Below are positions 10,896-25,300 of a stretch of DNA of 64,000 bases, one piece after another. The notes under the pieces were generated by a model. It saw only the letters and a program-made list of their open reading frames with translations, ran no database searches and had not been told where the DNA came from. The translations under genes and the position numbers were made by a program. Origin of the DNA: Amphiscolops sp. MND2022. Its lineage: Eukaryota. The stretch is taken from the NCBI GenBank assembly GCA_964187785.1, contig OZ076409.1:14882001-14946000 (forward strand), read 5' to 3'. The first letter of the stretch is position 1; the number at the start of each line of letters is the position of its first letter.

Positions 10896-13800
10896 TGTTG
10901 TTGTCAAACAAACTCATAAACAACTGACTTAGCTACTGCTCTATTTATGTTTAGTTGATATGGTGTAAAAGATACATTACTCTACCATTATGTATTTGAG
11001 ATAGATACAATACAGCTGAAGAGATACTACTGTACCTAACCTGTTTTAAATTTAGATTTAGCGATCTTAACATGGCGCAGTAAGCAAGACTTCCTTTTAC
11101 TAAATTTGTTCACCCCTTTTACCCTTTCTACCCTACCAACATGCCACTACACTAGAATGGCCGTAGCAACCAAGATACAACCACCATATCTAGAAGACAC
11201 CGGATTAGACGGCAAGAAATTATATACACCCAAAGAATGGACCGAAAGACTCCGGCACTACATAAAAAGAATCTATAACATCGACATCAAACCGATACTA
11301 ACGGATGATACGGTACCAACCGGAGGCCCGTGGAATACAAAAGAACCATATATCAGACAAGATTTTATCTGGGGCGCCGGACCGTCAGCAATTGAAATCA
11401 TCACAAAAGGCGAATTCGATACGGATCCAGATACAATTACAATCGACAAAATAATACAGCTATTTAAAGAGTACTACATGCCGAAAAGAAATACATACCA
11501 TAGCCGCGGAGATTTTTTCTGGGCTAAACAAGAAGAAAACGAGACACCAGAAGAACACTGGAAAAAGCTGATAACACTCGAAAAGAACTGCGAATTCAAA
11601 GATATTAAACAGGAAGACATAATAATATCGAAATTCATCACGAGTATAACCGATAAAAAACTTCGGGAGAAACTTATCCGCGAGAAGACCCTCAACCTGA
11701 AAACCACCGTAGAGCTTATCACACAAAACAGCTACGACCGCCGACACAAACAATCTACCATACCAGCTGCACTTGCAAAAGAAAAAGAAATCAAAGAAGA
11801 ACCAATCCAAAAAATACAACCAAAGATCAAAACCGATAAATACGGTGATAAAACAACACAAAAGAAAAACAACTGCGGATTTCGTGGACAACAAAATTGG
11901 AACCCACAACATACATGCCCGGCAAAAAACGCGAAATGCAACAATTGCCAGAAATAGGCCACTTCGCACGAGTATGCCGCAGTAAACAAAACAGAAACGA
12001 CCAAAGAAGAATCAATTATCTGGAAGAAACAAGTTCAGAAGAAGAAGAAGACAGCGAACCCGAAGTAATCCGCCAAATAACACAAATAAACAAAATACTA
12101 CCCGACAACAATGACCACTACGGCGTCGAAATGATAATAAACGGGGAAAAGCAAAAATTTATCATCGACAGCGGATCTCCGGTCACCATCATGCCATACG
12201 ACCAGAAAATACACAAAACAAGAGAAATCAAACCAATGAAAGAAAGATACCAGGACGTAAACAAAAACGAAATCAAATTCATGGGAAAAACACGGGTAAC
12301 CGCGGAATACAACGGTGTATCAACCAAACTACCGATGCTAATCACCAAAAGAAACGATATCACACCACTACTGGGAGTAAATTGGTTAAAACAACTGCCA
12401 ATAACAATAAACAAAATCTCATTGAACAACGAAACCAACCAATCAGAAAGCGTATAAAAAAATATTACACAAACTCTCCAACACCAACCACACAATAAAA
12501 GACGCCGAAGTCAAAATACAAATAAAACCGGGATGCTACCCAATACAACAAAAAGCACGACCGATACCCTACCATTTGCAAGAAGATGTAAAAAACGAAC
12601 TGAACCGACTAATAGAATCCGGACACATAGAAAGACTAGAAACAATCGAAGAAGATTGCTTCGTATCACCCGTAGTAATTACGGTAAAGAAAGACAAATC
12701 CGTCAAAATTGCACTAGACGCCAGAAAACTGAACGATTGCTGCATAAAGAAAAGACCACACATGCCGAACATGGATGAACTACTCAACCAAATATCCGCA
12801 GAATTATCAAAAAACGATACCGACCCAATTTGGATATCCGTAATAGACCTGGACTATGCATACGGCCAAATGAAATTAGCGCCCGATACAAGCAAACTTG
12901 CAACTTCGCAATCACAGGAGAAAAAATCAATGGATATTACCGTTTCCGAAAAAGATTTTACGGCCCAGCAGACATACCCACAAAATTCCAAGAGAAGATA
13001 GACCGTACGCTCGGACACGAAACACCCGTATGGCTAGACGATATCATAGTGGTCACACTAAGCACAAAAGAAAAATACACCCAAAAATTAGAATCAGTAC
13101 TCAGAAAACTTAAAAACGAAGGCTACAAGGCGAGCAAGAAAAAGTCAAAATTTTACTTGAAAGAGACAGTCTGGCTGGGACACACTATTGCCCAGGATGG
13201 AATAAGACCGAACAAAGAAAAGACGGAAGCCATAAACAAACTAAACCCACCAACCAACACAAAAACACTCAAATCCTTTTTGGGGGCCATCCAATACTTT
13301 GCAAAATTCATTCCAAACTTATCCAAAAAACCAACAACATGAGACAATTACTCAAGAAAAACACGAAATGGGAGTGGACAGAAGAACGAAACACCGATTT
13401 CAACAAAATCAACAAAGAACTAACTTCGCAACCATGCCTTGCACACTACAACGGAAACAAAGAAAACATTGTAACCTTCGACGCTTGCGGTACCGGTCTT
13501 GAAATAGCATTATGGCAGAAACAAAGCAATGGAGACCTAAAACCAATAGCATTCGCCAGCCGATACCTTAACGACGCAGAAAAAAATATTCAGTCGGAGA
13601 ACTAGAACTACTGGCGGTAGTATGGGGATTAGAACGGTTCAGATTTCACCTATACGGAAAACAAGTTCAATTATTCTCCGACCACCAAGCCCTGGAACCG
13701 CTTTTGAAGAAGAATAAATCAAATAAACAATATAGTGCCCGATTAACCGGTGGCTTGACAGACTCAATCATTTCGACATCACATTAAAATACCCCGCGGG

Positions 13801-16430
13801 AAAAGAAATCAAATTCACGGATTTTATTAGTAGAAACCCCACCGAAATAGCGGAACCGGAAGAAAATTACGAAGAAGAATTCGTGATTAACGCCATCGCG
13901 CAGCTTGCAACGGCAAATTACCGCATCGGCGCATTTTCAACCAATCAAATCACTCCAACACGGCAGTCATGCATGATACGCGACGCATTCAGACTGGTAC
14001 GCGCTGCAGTAAAACAAACAATCATTCAAACTTTCAAACGACCGCTAATTACATTAATCACACCGTGACAGACAATTATCATTTGAAATTAGAAAAGAAC
14101 CAGACAATGGACAACAACAACAACGAAGATACACAAGAACCGGAGAGATACCCCAGAGACGAAGAAGGGAGACTAAAATACCATTGGGGCGCTGATGATA
14201 CAATCATGAAAATCATAAAGAGAAGAAACAATTCGCCGGAAACCAAAGACTTAGTGAGACAACGGATCGAACTAACAAAACCCGGGAACATGCGCCACCA
14301 ATATAACAAGAAACTAGAAAGACAAAATCTAGTACCGAGAAGACCGGACGAAGAAGAACGAAAAGAAGTAAAACGAATCGACCTCCGACTAAAGCGGAAA
14401 GAAGAACACCGAATAACTCATATCAGCGGAGGATATTTCAAAAACTTTGGTGACCAATCGTCACAGGAACACCAAGAACACGGCACATCGACAGAAACAC
14501 CAATGGAAACCAATAGAGAGACCGAATCCACGGTTTCCTTTACCCCCAAAGAACCCGTCACAACTCAAGAACCCGGCGCATACCCGGCTATCCCGGTACA
14601 AAAATTTAGAGACGGTCCAATCGAGGAAATCGAGGTACGCTACGTACGCATCAACCGCGTAATAGAAAACAAAGCCACAAGGAACAAAAAGCAAGAAGAT
14701 AATGTTAGAGCGGCAGAATTTGACTTCATGCTCGATCTTGAAACCCTAATCAAAGAAATCGCCGCAGACCCGGACTTGATTGAACTACAATGCTGCATCG
14801 AAGACAACAATCTCAGCCAGGCCCCAGAAGCCTACAAACCAATCATAAAGAGATTAACCCACCGCTGGGGAATCACCATGGTCGACGACAGAATTATCGT
14901 CCCAAAAAGCTTCAGATACACAGCACTGAACGCACTCCACTTCGGGCATCCCGGAATCAACAAGATGTATGTGGCGATGCAGCCATATTCTGGTGGCCGA
15001 ACATGCGGGCCGACATTGAGAAAAAAGCAAAAACCTGCTCTGCCTGCCTGAACGCCGGTAAGAATTTGAAATGTCAAATACCCAGTACCGAAAAAAAAAC
15101 AAAAATAGAACCGCCGGAAAACCCAGGCGAAGAAATCCAAATGGATTTCACCGGAAATCTAAAAAGTAAACATTTTGAACACTCCCCCTTCATACTAATC
15201 GCCGTCGATAGCAATCGCCGATGGCCGGTAGCAAAAATTTGCAAAAATACGAATCATGAATCCGTAATAACATTCCTAAAGGAATATACCAATATTTACG
15301 GCGTTCCGAAATCATTTAAAACAGACAAAGGAAGTGCTTTAATATCAAAAGAATTTAGCAAATATTGTAATGAGAACAATATTTCCCGTAAATACGGTAC
15401 AGCAAATTTACATACTGGAACGGGATTGGCTGAGAGAACCATCCAATCTATGAAGACTCTACTAAAAGCCAATTTAGAGGACGGAACCAATCTTAGAAAT
15501 AGTTTAGACAAAGCACTACATGTGCTTAGATTTACAACCCAATCTGAACTACAAAAAACACCTTTTGAACTCCATTTTGGACGAAAACCCAGAACGAAAC
15601 TAACCAACTTAAAAAATGCTATTTCAGCCGATTCAAAAGACTTGTCCGTGTACATAACCCGAAGCTCTATGGGCGAAATCACCGACCACTTGGTAATGTC
15701 CAAGAAGAAGACGACCGATCCAAAGTACAGACGGGGGATGACTTTCTCCCAGACGAAAAACCGCCAAATACGGTCAGTACGAATAAAAACCCTTTCTCTT
15801 TCTACGAAAAGAACTACAAAACGAATTCACTGGGCAGCAAATTTAGTAACAAACTACAAACAGCTGTTTCGGGTACCAAACATACAGTTACCACCGATAA
15901 AAATAAAGTAATACACAGAAAACTAATATCCAACCCATTACCATTTCAGAACAATACAACACCGACGAAACGGATAACCACTCGACAAACGACTGCGGAA
16001 CAACCGTCTTGCTCCAAATCAACTGAGCCACAAACAACCTGTGTCTACAGAAGGAAAGAACCACCAAAGCCAAACAACCACGAAAACAGTGAAGACTGGA
16101 TCCGCAGGAAAGACCAACCGAGAAATGAGAAGGGACAATTTACTTCCCCACAAAAGAATACCGGCAACATTACGGACCTAGACCTGAGCATCGTCTCAGA
16201 TGACGAATTTAACTGCTACAACAACAGTGAAGGCAGACCAATAAGCGTGAATGTAGACGACGAACTACAAATCCACCCGAAAGAAACGAGACTATCGCCG
16301 GAGACAGGTATAAACCACGACCACATAATAACTAAACCAACAACACCCGTAAGAAGGTCTAGAAGACTACCATTTGCAAAACAAACCGATAAACTAGGCG
16401 GTATCCCTTACCAAACCAATAATAACCGTA
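10896..16430 (+). mobile_element. Ty3/Gypsy element B (different clade, Mag/K02A2.6-like), frameshifted, 3' LTR not found
   Basis: ...TTAACA|TGGCGCAGTAAGCA PBS at 11073 (tRNA-Ser-like); gag with zinc-knuckle remnants; PR FIIDSGS; RT; RH; IN LHFGHPG..CSAC, QMDF, TDKG, AERT. The LTR start at 10896 is a guess from TGTT...AACA. Confidence 0.85.
11157..16000 (+). pseudogene. gag-pol of element B with multiple frameshifts
   Basis: Consecutive ORFs 11106-11957, 11897-12457, 12576-13001, 12830-13342, 13339-13605, 13969-15051, 14790-15911 carry gag, PR, RT (IDLDYAY, WLDD), RH and IN in order. Confidence 0.85.
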
Positions 16431-17239
16431 AAAAAATTAATATTAATAATAAATATAATGAAGAATTTTTTATACTGTGTGGGTTTTACAGAGGACGTGT
16501 TAGAATTTTTCAAATTTCATTTTGAAACTCCCTGTATTTTCCGATGAAATTTTGAATTGGTACAATCGTTTAGATGCCACTAATTTGAATCGCTAGTAGA
16601 ATTGCTGAAAAACTTTGCGCGGCCGCTAATCGCTAAATCGTTGATTGGCGGTGTCAAAACTCTGATTTATAGTGTAAAAATGAGACACTTTATGGAACAA
16701 AGTCTTTTACTACTAGAAGCACCCACTCAAAGCATTCCGGAGGATCTTTGAAGATCTTATGCATGTAAGTGTGATATACACGGTGTGTACAAATGCTTAG
16801 TGTAAGCAGGTCTTAATGTCAATGTCAATGCTTATTGAGCATTACTGGCTGGATTCAGACTAACGTAGTATAATCTTTCGCGTGCCAAATAACAATGACA
16901 CGACACAGAAGAAACATTAGAGTTGCCGACTTCAGGCGATGTAAGCCTTTCCCCTTCCTTTTTTCACTTGTTCGTGCCTTCGCTTGCATAATTCGCGCTT
17001 AATCATAGTTTTACTTGATCTTGAATTTTTGTTTTTTCAGACAGAATATTCACAGAACTAAGGGATCAGACATTCATGAATGTGAAACAAGATTGAATGA
17101 AATTTGAATTACAATTTTTGAAACACCAGTTTAACAACCGAGAGGTGGTACAATTCTTTCAATCTTTTTTATTTTTCAAAAATCACAAGTGGGTATATCT
17201 TCGGTTTTACACAAGTAGCGTGATGTCTCCAATTTTCGT

Positions 17240-18638
17240 TCATGAGTTAAAATCACAAACAGCAGCAGCGGAAACTGACGTTGGACGGCAGTTATGTATA
17301 TATTTTCTTTCCCCATTCTCATGCCACGCAACAATTACAGATTCGAGACTGGACCGTGTTGGCTCGTATTCATCCCATCGAAACGTCTGTATGGGAATGT
17401 CTTCTCCAAGGAGATTCTGGAACACCCCATATTCTTTCATCGTTATTCCCAACCAGAACGGTTGATCGGATACTTTTTGGTAGAAGAAATCAAGTTGCTC
17501 TCTTGTACCATCCAACTTCCAGAACAAAGTCGCTCCCATTTCTTCACAGCTTTCTCGGGCACCCGCCCAATATTGTTTTTCGTGAATAAAAACATACCAT
17601 TGCAGTACCACCGTGCTCTCACCTGGACAATCATTGCGCTGCATGGAACACTCTCGCTTTTTGACCTCTTTGTATTCTGAACTGGTGTCAATTTCCAATA
17701 TTTGTGACCATGGGCCCCACTCTGGAAGTCTGCGAAAAGGGAAGAAGTTACAATGTATGGATTTTGAAATTAAGTTTTGAAGCGAAAATTTTGTTACCAA
17801 TTTCAAATATCCTATAATTAAATCGAATTTTGTCATTCGATGCGATTTTTTCATTGGATCTTATCAATCGCATTGAATGACGAGATTCAACATAAATAGA
17901 GGTTCTTTTGAAATCGGTAACAAAATTGCTCGCCAGTTATCATCGATTGCGAATGATTGATGAGAGTTGAATTTAAAAATGTAGTACGAAAGATGGTAGA
18001 GTAGACGCCTTATTTGAAATATTCACACTTTTTTATCAAAAAAGTTGCCTCTTTTTAATAGTATATGAACTTTCAAAGAATTCATTGAAACTTTTTAATG
18101 CAAGCTTTGAAATTATTGACATCAAAAAGCGTTGAAACATGAGACTGTCAAAAATGGAAGAAGTTTTGACACGAACTCATCTAGGACTATAATTGTAAAA
18201 AAAGACAAACTGAAAAACTGGTGATAACCTCTTTTTGTTGTTTATTTTGCATCTGTTTGGGTTGCTGTCATCATTTATCTCCCTAATTTCATCCCCCTCT
18301 TTGCAAACGGGGCTGTTATAATACCTCATGCCCGTAAATACGCAGTTATGATCATTCTCCCACGCAACACTTCCAAAAAAGGAATCTTTGAAGTTGAGCT
18401 GGCAAACATCCGAGTCGCAAAAGTTGAATGAGAAGCAGTTCGGATGCCTATTGCACAACGTAGCGCAGTGTGTTTTGCTGATTTTCCAGTGATTTTCCAG
18501 AGAACTGCCGGATAAGCGGACACCCACCTTCGAATCTTCGAAGACTATGGTTCTTTGGGCAAGAGTCGATGCCTTATTGTAGGTCTTCGAAACGTTAATC
18601 AAGACGAAAGAGGCAATCGTCTTCCAGAAAAGCAACAT
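17240..18638 (-). CDS. Secreted PAN/Apple + TSP1-like + C-type lectin protein, 2 exons (18638-18229, 17729-17240), ~299 aa
   Basis: Hydrophobic N-terminus; CATLCNRHPNCFSFNFCDSDVCQLN (PAN-like); WGPWS..RECS..CPG (TSP1-like); YWAGARESCEEMGATL..FWLG..C..VCDF (CTL). GT..AG phase-2 intron joins the two ORFs in frame. Confidence 0.8.
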
Positions 18639-19222
18639 GAATCAAGCAATTCTATTTCAGGTAATCATAAATTACGGTTAATTCTACCCAACTGAATAAT
18701 TCAGAAATTCATGAAAATAATGCAAAGGAGGCTAAGCAGAGATAATAGAATTTTCCATAAATTTTTAAAACAAGGAATTGATTGAAAGCATAATTAAAGG
18801 CGTCCACGTTTGTGTTTTACCGCAGTTGAATTGTGTACGTCGAACTTTTTCTCAAAAAAACAGGTGTTCGAATGAATCCTTTCTGATTCTGTTGTACTGA
18901 TAAATGATCAATATGTTGTATATCGTTGTCTTGGAGCGCGCTTTCAAAAAATTCCATCTCTGACTATTGAGAAAATTTATTGATTATTTTCCATGCGTTC
19001 AGTAATGCCTTCAATTAGATTTCCATGTTGTTAAACAGTTTCCGCATCTTGGAACAAAACAGAATAGATTTTCACAAATGAAGATGAAATTAGAATTGAA
19101 TGAGTCTAACAAACAAATGAAGGGACTAAAAAGCTAATATACTTTTTTCAAGAAAGCAGATTGAAGAAACTTGGTTTGGTTCCTCGTTCTTCTCATTCGC
19201 TACTAGAAACTACTGACAGTTC

Positions 19223-19296
19223 ATTCAATTCAATTCAATTCAATTCAATTCAATTCAATTCAATTCAATTCAATTCAATTCAATTCAATTCAATTC
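19223..19296 (+). repeat. (CAATT)n microsatellite, ~15 units
   Basis: Perfect pentamer run. Confidence 0.97.
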
Positions 19297-19416
19297 GAGA
19301 TATTGTTCGGCGTTCGTTAAAACTCTAGTTTTTACACCTGTGTATGAATTCGTTATTGTTTTAGTGTCCATCAAGTTTTATTGTGCATGGTTCTACTTTG
19401 CAGAAGATTATGGAAG

Positions 19417-21255
19417 TCGAAAAATGCTATTTCGTTAAATGAAAGCTAAATTTACGCTGATTGCGAAAGCCCATTTTGCATGAAGTTTCAACACTCCTCT
19501 TTGCTCCTGATTTCCACCGAATGATGAAAAATTTCTGTCAACTATGCAACTGTCATTTATGCAACGAGGCAATTCGAAAACTCGCAATCATGACATGTTT
19601 GGTGGTAAAGCGTGACTCGACAGCAACGTAGAATTAAGAAAGAAAGGACAAAATCAAAACGTCAAAGAAGTTAACGGAAGTTTGAAAAATAAGCGTTTTC
19701 TGACCAAACAGCATGATGTCGCAACCCAGGAATTGCGTGGGACCCGTGGTGCAGCCATAGTGCAGACAAACAGTCCAACAACCACGGCAAACTCTAAAAG
19801 CTGAAATGTGACCCAAAAACTTAAACTGATGAACTGACATTTAATTTTGTCTCCTATTTGGTTCATCATGAAGTTTTGTAAATATAATATTTAAAAATTG
19901 TTTGCTCTAAATGAAACCCTCCCTGATGTGCTACTGAACCCTAAAACTTCATTGAGAGCCTTCCTTAGCTCGTACAATGAATCACCCCATTGTCGAATAA
20001 GATAATTTGGAAGCTTTAATACATTAGGAATTGTCCCCATATAGTAACCTGTATCTTAGCGTGGTACCACTATGCGGTATCATGCGGATCGAGGAGTGGC
20101 ATATACTCGTCACTATGCGGATTTGTCAATATCACTATGCAGCATTATACGTCTCGGGGTGTGAAACATACTCGTCACGATGCGCTTTTGTTGGGGACAT
20201 TATGCGGCATCCTGCGGAGCGAGTAGTGACGCATACTCGTCACTATGCGTTTTCTGCAGGACCATCTATACAATGTGAATATGTGAACTAGTGCTATTGG
20301 AAACCATCTCAAATACATTCTGTACGTTATCCTAAGCATTTTCAAGGGTTCTTTAGTCCATTTTCAAACATATTTTGAATGTCATGTAATTGAGCTCATG
20401 TTATAAAAAGTATGACGTTATTTTGACGCAATTTTCTTTTTACCTGTTCCCAGCGATGACTCTGATAAAAAAAGAGTGTCATGATATCGTTTTTGGAGCT
20501 ACTTTATAGTAGATTGAAAAACTAGATCATTAAAAAACTCAAACGTCAGCAAGTGCAGTTGTCTTTTCTACACGACTGTAAACCTTTGATAACATTGTCA
20601 TACTCTCTGATCTTGTTCTTTTCGAGTATACAAGGAAATTCAAATTCTTCCTAAAAAACCTGAAACTATTTTTTCACCTGAAGCAATATGGGAAACAGAG
20701 GTAATAGATGTTCTAGAAGATTGAAAAACCCCTTCCCCAGATAGAAAAGTAGAAGTAACTCAAGTAGAAACACCCAATACAGGTAACGAATTTTTGACTA
20801 ATCTTGATACTGTAGTTCAAGAAAGTTTAGGTGAAAACAACTTTGAGAATCAGCCAACTGAACGCAGTCAGATAAGCAACGAAATTCAAGTTTGGACCCA
20901 AATTATGGAGCAAAAGAACAACGATAGGATTGGAAAGATGAGAGAGGAAAGGGAAAAAAAACTCGAAACAATCGTAAAGGAAATAAAGTCTAACAAAAGC
21001 GCATCAACAGTAACATATCCGAGGTCAGAAACCAATGAAATGCAAGATCAACAGCTGTCGGGATCCTAAACAAATAAGTCTCAGGAGTTCGCGCATCTAA
21101 CAACGAGAACTCAGACTCTGAAAACGATGATTATCCTCTTAGAGCCTCAAAAATGAAATTTTTAAAACATCCTGCGAAACCATTATTCCAAAACGAATCA
21201 GATATAGATGTAACAATACTTTCTAACGAAGAATCAGACAAAGAGGATTATCACA
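19417..21255 (+). repeat. 5' LTR of C (shared portion), ending ...TATCACA and followed by PBS GGGTGACAGGAG
   Basis: Aligns by eye along its length with 33500-35356 with scattered substitutions and small indels. Homology stops at the CA before the PBS. Confidence 0.88.
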
Positions 21256-22336
21256 GGGTGACAGGAGCCAACCGACTACTCCACACACAAGGCTCTCAAA
21301 AACTAAATGCCACAGTAGGATCACATGCAGACAAACTTGTCAAACTTGACATCAAAACCCCTTGACCCGGTTAATCAAATCGCCTTAGCAATAGAAAACT
21401 GGCGAGCAAGAACTCCTCACAGTCACTTTTTCACCCAAAAAACACATTAACATTTAACGGAAAAAAACGAGAAAAATGAAAAATTCGAATACTTCGAATC
21501 CTGTTTCACACAACACTTCGAATGCAACTAAACCTAACAGAGGACATGAAAATTAACCATTTTCACGCCCACCTCAGGGGTTTGGCGCTGAAGACATTCA
21601 AGAACATACAAGCACGACTTTGGAAGACATTCTAAAAGTTTTCGGACGAAAATATGTCAAACCAGAGTCCAGTGCATCAACAAAGCATAGATTCAACAGA
21701 CTCTCATTCGACCCAGAAAATCAGAAACTCCCAGATCTTCTAGAAGAACTTCAGGAGAGTGCCGCAAAAAGCGTTTGGGGATAACGCCCATCGAATGATA
21801 GAGAATTTACTCTATGCGAAAATGCCTCCCCACCTTATGAAGTCAATTAACCAAGCCTACCTCGAAAATGTCACAACGATCAAATCGTCAAACATCTTGA
21901 AAGAAAGATGGAATCAAACGGTCTAGAGGCAGACGAACCCCTTGTCAAAACTCAAATGACTGTTACCAAAAAGGAACAAAACACTGAAAAACCCAACAAA
22001 AAACAAAATGACAAAACCAAAAAACAGACTCCGAAAACAGTACCCAATAAAACACTCAAAAATGACCAATGCCGTTATTGCGAAGATGCCAGCGACATGA
22101 TGGCTGACTGCCCTGAATTAGCTAAACAGCGTAAAATAGAAGAAGACCTGGATGCACCCAATGCCCTATTTGCAAAACCCCATGAAAAAATTGCTATTTT
22201 GGTGCCAATATGGATAATCGACCATCAAATGGAATTTGACAGAAGCACAAGAGAAAGTTTTCGAAGAGTACAAGCAAGTTAAAAAACCAGTCAGACCAAA
22301 AATGGAACGACATCAACGTCGAAAGGTTTAAACTAG
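20688..22336 (+). pseudogene. gag: gag of element C (starts inside the LTR), ending at slippery site T TTA AAC TAG (22327-22336)
   Basis: Fragments 20794-21069, 21153-21365, 21908-22282 with a degenerate knuckle CRYC..MMADC; similarity to gag A (KINHFHAHLRG..AL.TF). Confidence 0.8.
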
Positions 22337-25300
22337 AAACGCCACGCCTTGACACAAAATCATCACAAAGACCAAACCTAGCTGATGACTGACAGCATCA
22401 GCTGAGCCCAAAACCCACAAAAACACCATTCTTTGGAAATGATATAACAACACAAATTTCTCAATAATCAACACTGGAAACTTCACCTGAAGACTTATAC
22501 GAAATCTTACACGATGCACCAGACAACTACTTCACAAAACAACAGACCACCCTGAAACCGACTCAACCCTAGAATTTCACCACACAACAAAAACCACATC
22601 ACAGTAAAAACTTCTTGCGATAATAAAAAACGACCCTTATTGGAAGAGGACCTCACTGAACACATAAAATTTGACACGGAACGGAACTTATCATACCTCC
22701 CAATTTCAACATCCTTGACATTGAAGCGAAAACGCCACAAGCACTACATTCGAATGGACTTCGAAAAACTGACACTTGATGGTCTTTTTGATACCGGGGC
22801 CCTTACAAGTGCAATCTCCGAACAAGACCTCAATAAAATCAAGTTACTAGCAAATAAAGCAATAAAAGAAACCGGTCCTCTACTAAACTTCCAAACTATG
22901 GTGGCCAATGGACAACTAGAAGTCCCAATTGGTACAGTTCTACTCAAATTTGAAGTGGCTGACTTCATGTTAAAAGAAAATTTCATCGATATGAAAAACA
23001 CCCCAAATCCATTAATCGGATTGTGTTTCCTTCGCGCGAAAACCGCAATTTTCGATGTCATTCAAGGCATCCTAACATTCCCGTATCTTTCAATGCAGCT
23101 CAAACCTGACACCCAAATATCAATACAACAGGCAACATGATTGTTGCTGAAAATATCTATACTTTAGAACCAGTCGAAACTCTCGCCATTGCAGGCATAA
23201 TGCCCCACCTGATGGATCATGACGCTACTGGAATAGTCACTCCATCGCAACAGTTTGAAAACCATGATAGCATTTTCATCACTGCATCACTCAGTCCTGT
23301 GAACAATTATGCTATCGGGTATCAAATGTTTAATTTTTCTAAACTACCATACACAAAAACAATAGACACCCATTTAGCGGCGGATTTCAAGATACTGACT
23401 CCAGAACAAATCAAACACATACAGCCAGTAGACCCAGCACTACTATCCTTCATGATACAAAATGAAGAAACAACAGAGGTCTAATGAATGAACTCCTAAA
23501 AGTACGCCGAAAAATTCAGAACAGGAAGCATACTGGTTCCCTACCCCTGAAGAACCAGGTGATCCAGCAACATACACTCCAATTCAGCAACGTATCTACA
23601 ACGAACTCCTCGAACTCAAAGAACTCGAGAAACTAAACCCACATGATAATGAAACTTTGACTGGTCTGATACAACGCTCAGCCCCGATGAACGACAAGAA
23701 AATGAAGAGATCCTCCTTGAGTTTTACGATGTTTTTGCTGGACATCGATTTGATATCGGCAAAGGTCGTGAATTCAAAGTAAAACTCACCCCCAATGATA
23801 AGAGACCTGCGTACAGCCAAAGTCTGCCAACGCTGATCAACTTCAAAAATGATGTCACAGTAGAACTTGCACTTCGGTTCAAGTATGGTATCATTACAAC
23901 TCTACCTTTTTCCAATATGCAAGCCCAATTTTCGCACAATGCAAACCTAACGGGCGCCTAAGACTCTTAGTAAACCTCAGGAAAATCAACAATCTCATCA
24001 ATGGAGATTATGCCAACAACAACCACCCGGTAAGCACCTTATCGGATGCAGCCCAACACATGGCAGGTAAAAAACTTTTCTGCAAACTGGATTGCTCTCA
24101 GGCTTACCACAGCTTTCAGATGGTAGACTGCCAATCCTTTCAAATGCTCGCTTTCAATTTTGCAAGCACAACTTTGCTTATCGCCGTCTCGCCCAGGGTC
24201 TCAGCATATCACTTTCTGCCTTTTCAAGCTTTATTAGAGAGTATCTGGACAGAGCAATTAAAGCAGACCAATGTGCCCAATATGTCGATGACATTGGCAT
24301 AGCGGCAAATGAAACAAAACAATTGTGTACAAATATCAAAACTGTCTTCGAATGTATACGCAATGCGGGATTGAAACTCTCCATGTCAAAATGCCATTTT
24401 GGAGTCAAACAAGTCGACTTTCTGGGATGCACAATCACACCAGATGGAGTGGCACCTCTATCCGACAAAGTGAAAAGTTTCTTCTCAAAACATTGCTTTC
24501 CTAAATCAAAAATGGCGTTACAAAGGTATATAGACTTTTAAACTATTTTTAAACTATTACCGAATTTATATACCACGCCTTTCGGAACGGCTCTCTCCGT
24601 TCTTCAAACTCCAAAGAAACTTCAAAGAAACTACCAAATTCTATGAACAAACAAAGTTAGTAAAAGACTTCAAAATCCTCAACAAACTCCTGGAAAATTC
24701 TTGCCAGTTAGCGTTGAAACAACCACTGAAAAACAAGCAACTTATAGTCATGTCCGATGAAAGTTTCACAGCAGCAGGATATGCTATCATGACCGAAGAC
24801 GACCTGAACCAAAAACAAAAACTCCAATCCAAACGCAAAACATATGCACCTAAAGCGTTTGGATCAAAAACCATCAATCCAACACAGACAAAATTGTCAA
24901 TTTCTGCAAAGGAATTTCTTTTAATATATTTTGCAATTGTGCGGACACCTCATGTGAGGAGGCACCTTCCAAGTAATCGTGTTCACAGACAATCGGCCTG
25001 TCGCCCGGTTCTTCCTAACAAAAATGATACCTACATCACTCTGGAAAACCTGCGATTATGTTTTACAAAATAATTTCGTAACCGCATATGTCACAGTGTC
25101 AATGGATACCGCTGCAGACTTTTTATCTAGAAGAGAAGTCGACCAAACCGAAAAATTAGAAAAGACCATTCGCAATGATATTCACACGAAAGCGATTGAA
25201 GTGAATATTCAATCATCTGCCATTGTTGAGGAAGAGCAAATCTATGTTCTTCCCGATGATGAAATTGACAAAAATCAATTATGGGAAGAAAGACAAAACA

